Of a DNA stretch of 35,537 nucleotides, positions 28,545 to 35,459 are shown one piece after another. Positions within the stretch are counted from its first letter, which is position 1. The number at the start of each line of letters is the position of its first letter. The notes under the pieces were generated by a model. That model had not been told where the DNA came from and searched no databases. It worked only from the letters and a program-made list of their open reading frames with translations. Source of the stretch: an uncultured Bacteroidota bacterium (GTDB lineage Bacteria; Bacteroidota; Bacteroidia; UBA4408); assembly GCA_903842515.1 (NCBI GenBank), contig CAIMMJ010000042.1, positions 1 through 35,537 on the forward strand, written 5' to 3'. The position numbers were made by a program, and so were the translations under genes.

Positions 28545-28594
28545 TACGCAGTTGAAAAAAGTTTTTAATTTTGGTGTATAAATTCAACTGCGTA
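28545..28594. repeat. Perfect 12-bp inverted repeat with a 26-nt spacer
   Basis: tacgcagttgaa (28545-28556) and ttcaactgcgta (28583-28594). It lies in the intergenic space between the divergent T9SS gene and the GAF-kinase gene. Confidence 0.6.
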
Positions 28595-28660
28595 GCAATA
28601 GAAAAAATTGCGTATGAAATTAGAGCTATCCTTTACCAATAAAGAGATTACAAACACTTT

Positions 28661-28830
28661 CCTTAGTCCGAGGCAAAGATAAATGTGTTAGGGACCAAGG
28701 ACATTTAAATAAAATCTTTATATTTGATTTATGACAGGTGGAGGATATAAAAATAGAAAATGTATGAAGTCTTTAGTCCCTTAGCTTATTAAATGCTTCA
28801 GATGGAGGAAAGAAGGATAAAGTGGATTAC
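28661..28830 (+). repeat. Intergenic repeat, copy 2 (short form), immediately upstream of the GAF-kinase gene
   Basis: See copy 1. TATATTTG box at 28719-28726. The ATG at 28731 is followed by GGTGGAGG. It ends about 55 nt before the 28886 start codon. Confidence 0.6.
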
Positions 28831-28885
28831 TACCTACCATAGACGCTAAATGTTTTATTATTAAAATTTAAAAAAATAAAAAAAT

Positions 28886-30088
28886 ATGCAGAAACCAAGT
28901 TTTCACAAAGAAGAGCTAGAACGTTTAAATAGCTTAAGGTCATATTTAGTTTTAGACAGTGAATCAGATAAAGAAATAGATTGTCTTACAGAACTTGCAT
29001 CTGAAATTTGTGAAACGCCAATTTCATTGGTTAGTTTGGTGGATAGTGACAGGCAGTGGTTTAAATCTAAAGTAGGTCTGCAGGCAAGCGAAACAAGCAG
29101 AGATATAGCATTTTGTGCACACGCAATCGTCCAATCCGAAGAAATGTTTATCATTGAAGATGCCACAAAAGATGAACGTTTTTTTGACAATCCTTTGGTT
29201 GTAAATGCACCATTAGTAATATTCTATGCGGGAGTTGTATTAAAAAGCGATACAAATTATCCATTAGGAACGCTGTGTGTTATTGACAATCAACCGCGAA
29301 AATTAAATGATAAACAAATTAGAGCACTTAAAACCATTGCAAGGCAAATAATGAACTTGCTTAATTACAAAAAAGTGTTGCGTTTGGGGGAGGAATTGAG
29401 ACTTCAATTGGCGCAAAAGAATCAAGAACTAGAAAGTTTTGCATCAATTGCAGCACACGATTTAAAATCTCCGCTCATAAACATTATGAGTGTTGCAAAT
29501 TTATTTTCTAAAACATACGAATTACAATTAGACTCTAAAGGTAGTGTTATGTTAGACTTAATTGAAAAGTCAGCTAAGCGACTTTCTTTAATGATTGATG
29601 GGTTATTGCAGTTTTCAAAAATTGATGGCATGAGTTTATTACTAAAATCTAAAGTAACCTTAAGCGAAACAATAACCGAACTCGCAGCATTGATTGGTAA
29701 CAATAACAATTTAAAAATTTTGCTGTACTCAGATTTAACAACTATTGAAACATATCCTATACTACTTGATCAAATTCTGATGAATTTATTTTCAAATTCA
29801 CTAAAATATAACCACACAAAAATAGCAGAAATTGAACTTTATGTTTCCGAGAATCCCAGCCATTATTTATTTATAGTTAAAGACAATGGCCCAGGAATAG
29901 ATAAGAAATACCAAGGCGCTATTTTTAATTTATTTCAGACCGCTACCAATAAAGATCAATTTGGCAATAAAGGAAATGGCATAGGCTTGGCTCTAGTAAA
30001 GAAAATTATAGAAAAACTTGGAGGCAAAATTTATGTAGAATCTGAATTAGGACATGGAGCTGAGTTTCATTTTTCCATTTCTAAATAG
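28886..30088 (+). CDS. Soluble GAF-domain sensor histidine kinase (GAF-HisKA-HATPase)
   Basis: N-terminal GAF domain (ELASEICETPISLVSLVDSDRQWFKS...FYAGVVL...LGTLCVID), H-box FASIAAHDLKSPL (His191), N box LMNLFSNSLKY, G boxes DNGPGID and GNGIGLALVKKIIE. No TM segments. Confidence 0.9.
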   Translation: MQKPSFHKEELERLNSLRSYLVLDSESDKEIDCLTELASEICETPISLVSLVDSDRQWFKSKVGLQASETSRDIAFCAHAIVQSEEMFIIEDATKDERFFDNPLVVNAPLVIFYAGVVLKSDTNYPLGTLCVIDNQPRKLNDKQIRALKTIARQIMNLLNYKKVLRLGEELRLQLAQKNQELESFASIAAHDLKSPLINIMSVANLFSKTYELQLDSKGSVMLDLIEKSAKRLSLMIDGLLQFSKIDGMSLLLKSKVTLSETITELAALIGNNNNLKILLYSDLTTIETYPILLDQILMNLFSNSLKYNHTKIAEIELYVSENPSHYLFIVKDNGPGIDKKYQGAIFNLFQTATNKDQFGNKGNGIGLALVKKIIEKLGGKIYVESELGHGAEFHFSISK

Positions 30089-30452
30089 TTGAACCTCAAA
30101 TTCTCGTAAGCCTAATAAAATTAATCGATTTGAATGAAAATATAGGATTTAAACCTACCGTTTTCTTTTGTATAATATTAAAAACATGGCATTTATTCGG
30201 AGCGAAAAACGGCCTCATGAATACCTTAATGAATAAATTAAATGATGAATAAAAAGTAAGGCAGGTTTGGGCAGCTTCCCAATATAAAAATTCTATAAAT
30301 GACTTTTTGAGGTTGTACTAATAGAATAAAAGTGAGTACTCAAATAATTTTATTCAATTGAACTAAAACAAAATTTACAATACGGCAAGCAAAGAAAGAG
30401 ATGGGTGGCACATTGCATAAAAAGAAATTAAACTTATGTTTTACCTTTCTGT

Positions 30453-30481
30453 TTTGATAAAATTTGTTTTTTGTATGTTTG
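30453..30481 (+). promoter_or_regulatory. Candidate promoter for the H-NOX operon (TTTG ... TAnnTTTG)
   Basis: TATGTTTG at 30474-30481, 20 nt upstream of the ATG. TTTG at 30453-30456 gives a 17-nt spacer, which is shorter than the 19-21 nt consensus I recall. This is a motif match only. Confidence 0.25.
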
Positions 30482-30501
30482 TGTTATAAAAAACAAAATA
30501 T

Positions 30502-31047
30502 ATGTACGGTTTAGTAAATAAAGCAATTCAAGATTTAGTGTGCGAAAAGTTTGGAGAAGATAAATGGCTTGAAATAAAAAAAATGTCAAATTTTGAAGAC
30601 GATTTTTTTATAGGTCTGCAATCCTACCCGGATTCATTGACCTATGAATTGGTTAAAAATTCATCAAAAGTTTTAGGGGCAGAGTCCTCTGTAATAATGG
30701 AAGCTTTTGGAGAATATTGGATTTTATTTACCGCTAAAGAAGGTTATGGCGAAATGTTAGATTTGGCAGGAGATAGCTTAGCAGAATTTTTAAATAATTT
30801 AGATATGCTTCACAACAGGGTAAACAACATTATGCCCGAGTTAGTAGCGCCTCAATTTTCAACCCGAAATGAAACTACCAATTCAATAGAGTTGGAGTAC
30901 AGATCAAAACGACAAGGAATGGCCCCAATGGTGGTAGGGCTTTTGAGAGGTTTGGGCATAAGATTTAATAAAGAAAATATGAAAATTGAACATATTCAAC
31001 AAAAAAACGACGTAAATGATTGTGATGTTTTTAAAATTGAGTGGTAA
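30502..31047 (+). CDS. hnoX: Stand-alone H-NOX (haem nitric oxide/oxygen-binding, HNOB) sensor protein, sGC/Nostoc type
   Basis: MYGLVNKAIQDLV N-terminus, proximal His104 in LDMLHNRV, Y-x-S-x-R triad as YRSKR (133-137), and a C-terminal IEHIQQKNDVNDCDVFKIEW resembling the end of the sGC beta1 H-NOX domain. Confidence 0.9.
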   Translation: MYGLVNKAIQDLVCEKFGEDKWLEIKKMSNFEDDFFIGLQSYPDSLTYELVKNSSKVLGAESSVIMEAFGEYWILFTAKEGYGEMLDLAGDSLAEFLNNLDMLHNRVNNIMPELVAPQFSTRNETTNSIELEYRSKRQGMAPMVVGLLRGLGIRFNKENMKIEHIQQKNDVNDCDVFKIEW

Positions 31048-31053
31048 AGTTTA

Positions 31054-33432
31054 ATGGAAAAACCTACTACCCCAATTAATGAGCAAAACAGGTTAGGTGC
31101 ACTAAATTCTTATGAAATATTAGATACACTAGAAGAAAAAGAGTACAATGATATTATTGCTCTTGCAAGTCAAATTTGTGGAACCAACATTTCAATTATC
31201 AGCTTTATTGATGAATACAGACAATGGTTTAAAGCAAGTCTTGGATTAAAGCTAAAACAAACTCCTCGCGAGATTTCTTTTTGCGGACATGCCATTAATA
31301 CCCCTAACGAAATTTTTGTTGTTTCTGACGCCAGGATTGATAAAAGATTTTCTGATAATCCTTTAGTAACAGGAGAACCACATATTGTTTTTTATGCCGG
31401 TGTACCGCTAGTTGATGACAATGGATTTGCATTAGGAACCATTTGCGTTTTAGATTCGGCCCCTAAAGAGCTCAACAAAAATCAAATAAATGCATTAAAA
31501 ATATTGAGCGAACAAGTAATACAGTTACTAAGCATTAAAAAAAAGAGTTTAGATTTAATTAAAGAAAAATTGCTTTTTCTTGATTCAATTAATTTTGCTT
31601 GTCCTTTTTTTCTGATAATTGATATTAATGAATTCATTATTGAATATGGAGATAATTATAAAATAACCTTTCCTGAAATTAAAAAAGGAACATTGTTTAG
31701 TGATTATTTTATTTTTGAATCAGGAATAAATATTACTACACTTTTAACCTCTTATACAAACGAAAATAAATTATTGTTTTACAAAAGTATAGATGGAACG
31801 CAAAGGTATAAGTGTTCTATAAAAAGATATAATGATGCTTTGTTGGTTCTTTCCGTTCCGGTTATAAATTCAATTTATTTGATTTCTAACTATAGACTAA
31901 AAATAAATAATTTCCCTAAACATGATTACATAGCTGAATTTTTATTTCTGCAGCAAGCTGCTGCAAAAGGATTGCAAGATTCAAAAATACTAAATGCTAA
32001 TTTAACTGAAAAAAATAAACTTCTAGAATTATCTAAAAAAGCATTAATCAACGCAAACGGCCGCCTAGAAGAACAGGTTAATGAACGCACAAAAAAAATT
32101 AAAAACTTAGCATTATTTCCTGAGCAAAATCCTAATCCTGTATTTGAATTAGATTATGAAAATAAAGAAATAAATTATTCAAATCCTGCAAGTAAATTAC
32201 TTTTTTATAAAGGCAGTGATTTTACTTTTGAAGAACTAATAAAAGTTTTATGTATTACAGAAGAAGCAGTTGTATCTAAAAAATCTCAAAAATTTGAAAT
32301 TGAAATTGAATCGGAAATTTATGAGCGGTACATCTTTTTTATTGGTAACTCAACTATTATAAGAGTTTACCTGCACAACATTACAGAAAATAAAAAGTAT
32401 CAAAATGAATTAAAAGAAAAAAATTTAAAGTTAGAAGACACATTAAATCAAGTTGTGAATCTTCAAGAAGATATAATAAAAAAAGAAAAAATGGCAACGC
32501 TAGGTTTGTTAATTTCAGGAATAGCTCACGAAATTAATACTCCATTAGGCGCAATAAAAGCTTCTAGCGATAACCTAATTTATTTAATAAAAAACGAGCT
32601 AATTAATAAAATTGCAGAATTAGATATTAACGATATCTTAGATAGCTTGGAATTATTTTTTTTACAAAAAAAAACAAATACAACTTTTAACAATTCAAGA
32701 GAAGAAAGAGCAGCTTCAAAAAAAATAGAACTAGAACTTAAAACTCAGTATAAAAACATTTCAAATACATTTTTTTACTCGAGAAAAATTCATGAATTAG
32801 GCTTTGAAAGTTTAGATCCTAGCCTTGAAAAGTTTTTAACGCACAAAAACAGTTTACAAGTTTTTACATTTGCAGTAAATCTGTTAACAATTATAAAGTC
32901 GGCCGATACAATTTCAATTGCAATAAATAAGGCTTCAAAAGTTGTATCGTCACTAAATAATTTTTCTCATGGAAATATTAATAAAGAAATTTCTGCATTT
33001 AATCTTAAAGGCAGTATAGATTCTGTTTTAACTCTCCTTTGGAATAAAATAAAGCAAGGTGCAGAAGTTATTAATAATGTTTCGGATGAAATTTATATCA
33101 CCACTAATCAAGAAGAATTGTCACAGGTATGGACAAATATAATTAACAATGCTTTGCAAGCCTCCAACAATAGCTGCAAAATAGAAATAAGTTATTTATT
33201 AGAGCAAGATTACCATATTATTACTATTAAAAACAATGGTCCTGAAATTCCTAAAGATATTATTGGCAATATTTTTGACGAGTTTTTTACCACAAAAAAG
33301 CGAGGCGAAGGAACGGGGCTTGGTTTAAATATTGTGAAAAAAATTATTGAAAAAAACAAAGGACTTATTGAGTGTTTCAGTAATTCATTAGAAACAAAAT
33401 TTGTTATTTCTTTACCCATAAAAAATGAATGA
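31054..33432 (+). CDS. Soluble multidomain sensor histidine kinase: GAF - HNOBA - coiled coil - PAS-like - HisKA - HATPase
   Basis: GAF domain (aa about 10-160), paralogous to the one in the 28886 kinase. HNOBA-like blocks CPFFLIIDINEFIIEYGDNYKITFPEIKKG and LSVPVINSIYLISNYRLKINNFPKHDYIAEFLFLQQ. PAS-like FPEQNPNPVFELDYENKEINYSNPAS. H-box GIAHEINTPLGAI (His492, codon 32527-32529). N box WTNIINNALQA. G boxes NNGPEIP and GEGTGLGLNIVKKIIE. Confidence 0.9.
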   Translation: MEKPTTPINEQNRLGALNSYEILDTLEEKEYNDIIALASQICGTNISIISFIDEYRQWFKASLGLKLKQTPREISFCGHAINTPNEIFVVSDARIDKRFSDNPLVTGEPHIVFYAGVPLVDDNGFALGTICVLDSAPKELNKNQINALKILSEQVIQLLSIKKKSLDLIKEKLLFLDSINFACPFFLIIDINEFIIEYGDNYKITFPEIKKGTLFSDYFIFESGINITTLLTSYTNENKLLFYKSIDGTQRYKCSIKRYNDALLVLSVPVINSIYLISNYRLKINNFPKHDYIAEFLFLQQAAAKGLQDSKILNANLTEKNKLLELSKKALINANGRLEEQVNERTKKIKNLALFPEQNPNPVFELDYENKEINYSNPASKLLFYKGSDFTFEELIKVLCITEEAVVSKKSQKFEIEIESEIYERYIFFIGNSTIIRVYLHNITENKKYQNELKEKNLKLEDTLNQVVNLQEDIIKKEKMATLGLLISGIAHEINTPLGAIKASSDNLIYLIKNELINKIAELDINDILDSLELFFLQKKTNTTFNNSREERAASKKIELELKTQYKNISNTFFYSRKIHELGFESLDPSLEKFLTHKNSLQVFTFAVNLLTIIKSADTISIAINKASKVVSSLNNFSHGNINKEISAFNLKGSIDSVLTLLWNKIKQGAEVINNVSDEIYITTNQEELSQVWTNIINNALQASNNSCKIEISYLLEQDYHIITIKNNGPEIPKDIIGNIFDEFFTTKKRGEGTGLGLNIVKKIIEKNKGLIECFSNSLETKFVISLPIKNE

Positions 33433-33823
33433 ATTAGCGATAATATCAGTAGATGATGAAAAAATAATTCTTGATTCTCTTAAAAGTCAATTTGAAATAA
33501 ATTTTCAAAATAAATTTCTTTTTGAATTTGCCGAAAGTGCAGAAGAGGCATTAGAGTTAATTGATGAATTAATTGAGGATGGTATTAAAATAATCTTAGT
33601 AATTTCTGATTATCAAATGCCAGGCATGAAAGGCGATGAGTTTGCATTAATTCTTCGCCGTAAGCTACCATCTACAAAAGTAATATTGCTTACAGGGCAA
33701 ATAAGCCAAGATGTAGCAATAGATTTCGTTAATAATAATATTTTTGTAAACATTGTGTCAAAACCTTGGTCTGAAAACGAATTAGTAACCCTTGTAAAAA
33801 ATATTGCCAACAATGTCGGCTAA
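33425..33823 (+). CDS. Single-domain response regulator (REC only) 1
   Basis: VDDE acidic pocket, phospho-acceptor Asp in LVISDYQMPGMKG, LLTGQ (Thr), SKPW (Lys). Its start overlaps the kinase stop by 8 nt (ATGAATGA). Confidence 0.85.
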   Translation: MNELAIISVDDEKIILDSLKSQFEINFQNKFLFEFAESAEEALELIDELIEDGIKIILVISDYQMPGMKGDEFALILRRKLPSTKVILLTGQISQDVAIDFVNNNIFVNIVSKPWSENELVTLVKNIANNVG

Positions 33824-34214
33824 AAAAGCTATATTAATAGTTGATGATGAATTTATTATCCTTGAGTCACTAAAAATTCAGTTAGAACGAATTATTGATA
33901 AAGAAATTATTTTAGAAGTAGCTTATTCAGGTGAAGAAGCTAATGCTATTATTGATGAGTTATACAGTAATGAAATAAATCTTTTACTCGTTATTTCTGA
34001 CTATAATTTAGATGATTGCAAAGGAACGGATGTACTTAGTTATTGTAATCAAAAATTTTCTGGTTCAAAAAAGATTATCCTATCTGGCCAATTAGATAAT
34101 GAAAATATAACTCATTTTAAAGAAACAATTGGATTGCATGACCTTTTTTTTAAGCCTTGGGGGTTTGACGAACTAAGAAAATCGATTGGTAAAATACCTG
34201 AATTATTTAATTAA
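33813..34214 (+). CDS. Single-domain response regulator (REC only) 2
   Basis: IVDDE, LLVISDYNLDDCKG, ILSGQ, FKPW. I prefer the ATG at 33813 (MSAKKAILIVDDE) over the TTG at 33804. It overlaps REC 1 by 11 nt. Confidence 0.8.
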   Translation: MSAKKAILIVDDEFIILESLKIQLERIIDKEIILEVAYSGEEANAIIDELYSNEINLLLVISDYNLDDCKGTDVLSYCNQKFSGSKKIILSGQLDNENITHFKETIGLHDLFFKPWGFDELRKSIGKIPELFN

Positions 34215-34256
34215 CAACCAAAAGAAACTACAAAACAATAAATTTTTATTGGCCAT

Positions 34257-35375
34257 TTATTGAAAACACAAGGATGGTTTTAAGGCAAGAAAGATCATAT
34301 CGTCTGTTTGATTTGTTTTTCCTTGCCATTTTCTAAGAAAAATATTTAACTGAACTTGTATTGATGTAAGGTCGTTATTCAAATATTCTGAATCTAAAAA
34401 TGATATCAACCGTTTTCTTGAAAGTTTTTTATCCAAAAAACCTCCAAATTGATCAGTAATGCCATCTGAATAAAAGTAAAAAACATCATCTTTATTGAAA
34501 TTTATTTTAATCAAAGAGCTATTTGATTCTTCATCACCTTTTAATCGAAGTTTAAGAAGTTTATTTTTATTGTTTAAAGAATCATAATATATGAATTCTC
34601 TTTTTGAGCCTACTATTTCAATTTCTGAGCTCCCTTTTTTTAGTTTAAAAATAGCTATATCAATAGAATCGTGTACTTCGTGCTCAGCAAAAATAGGACT
34701 CAACATTGATTTTAGTTCAATATAAAGTTGGTTAATAATTACTTTCAAATCAGTGTGTGTAGAGGTAACATTTTTTAATATGTTGTAGCAAATTATAGAA
34801 AGTAGTGCCCCAGGAACACCATGTCCTGTGCAATCGCCAACGGCAACAATTATTTCTTCATTTGCATTTCCTCCACCAATAAAACAAAAATCTCCAGAAA
34901 CAATATCTTTTGGTCTGTTTATATAAATATATTCTTTGAAAATGCTTTTGATTTCGTTTTCTTTTGCAAATAATTGTTTTTGTATTCTTTGTGCGTAAAC
35001 CAAAGAATCTGTAAGACTAACTATACTTTCAATAACATTTTCTAATTCTTCAGAAGAGAGAGGTTTGGATAAATACCCATTCATGTTTGTAGATAAAGCT
35101 CTATTGTAAACATTATCGTTGGTATTTGCAGACACATATATTATTGGAATATTAAGCGTTTCTTGAATTTTTTTGGCCGTTTCAATCCCGTCTATCTCTC
35201 CTTCCAATCTTATATCCATCAAAATTAAATCTGCATGGTTATCTTTAAAAAATTCTACCGCATCTATACCATTTTCAAAACAAGCAACTACATCATGGCC
35301 TAAATTTGTAACGTAATGCATGTGCAACTCTTGAAGTATTAACTCATCTTCTATTATAACTACTTTTTTTGTCAT
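34257..35375 (-). CDS. Response regulator fused to a PP2C/SpoIIE-family serine phosphatase (RsbU-like output)
   Basis: REC domain (IIEDE, LILMDIRLEGEIDG, SKPL), then PP2C motifs SGDFCFIGG, VAVGDCTGHGVPGALLS, FYFYSDGITDQFGG and QTDDMIFLAL. Confidence 0.9.
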   Translation of the reverse strand: MTKKVVIIEDELILQELHMHYVTNLGHDVVACFENGIDAVEFFKDNHADLILMDIRLEGEIDGIETAKKIQETLNIPIIYVSANTNDNVYNRALSTNMNGYLSKPLSSEELENVIESIVSLTDSLVYAQRIQKQLFAKENEIKSIFKEYIYINRPKDIVSGDFCFIGGGNANEEIIVAVGDCTGHGVPGALLSIICYNILKNVTSTHTDLKVIINQLYIELKSMLSPIFAEHEVHDSIDIAIFKLKKGSSEIEIVGSKREFIYYDSLNNKNKLLKLRLKGDEESNSSLIKINFNKDDVFYFYSDGITDQFGGFLDKKLSRKRLISFLDSEYLNNDLTSIQVQLNIFLRKWQGKTNQTDDMIFLALKPSLCFQ

Positions 35376-35459
35376 GTTCCTTAGAGCTTTTAATTGTACT
35401 TCTACTCTTTTATTTTTTTAGTTGATTTTTAGGTAATCGCATATATTCATTTCTGCCTT

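Noticed and set aside
26941-28700. The GCGCAAAG / AGGCAAAG strings in the repeat copies as a c-di-GMP-I (GEMM) riboswitch, which would fit an H-NOX context.
   Set aside because: I could not find the second conserved CAAA-containing hairpin, a tetraloop/receptor arrangement or the flanking P1/P2 pairings. The resemblance is limited to a 6-7-nt string.
30217-30251. Three ATGAATA direct repeats, and an 11-codon mini-ORF (MNTLMNKLNDE), upstream of the H-NOX operon.
   Set aside because: The spacing is irregular (12 and 16 nt), the composition is AT-rich, and there is no supporting promoter or conservation evidence. This is probably chance.
30334-30362. Palindromes GAGTACTC (30334-30341) and TTCAATTGAA (30353-30362) upstream of the H-NOX operon as operator sites.
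   Set aside because: Short palindromes of this size are expected by chance in about 400 nt of AT-rich DNA, and I saw no second copy or partner site.
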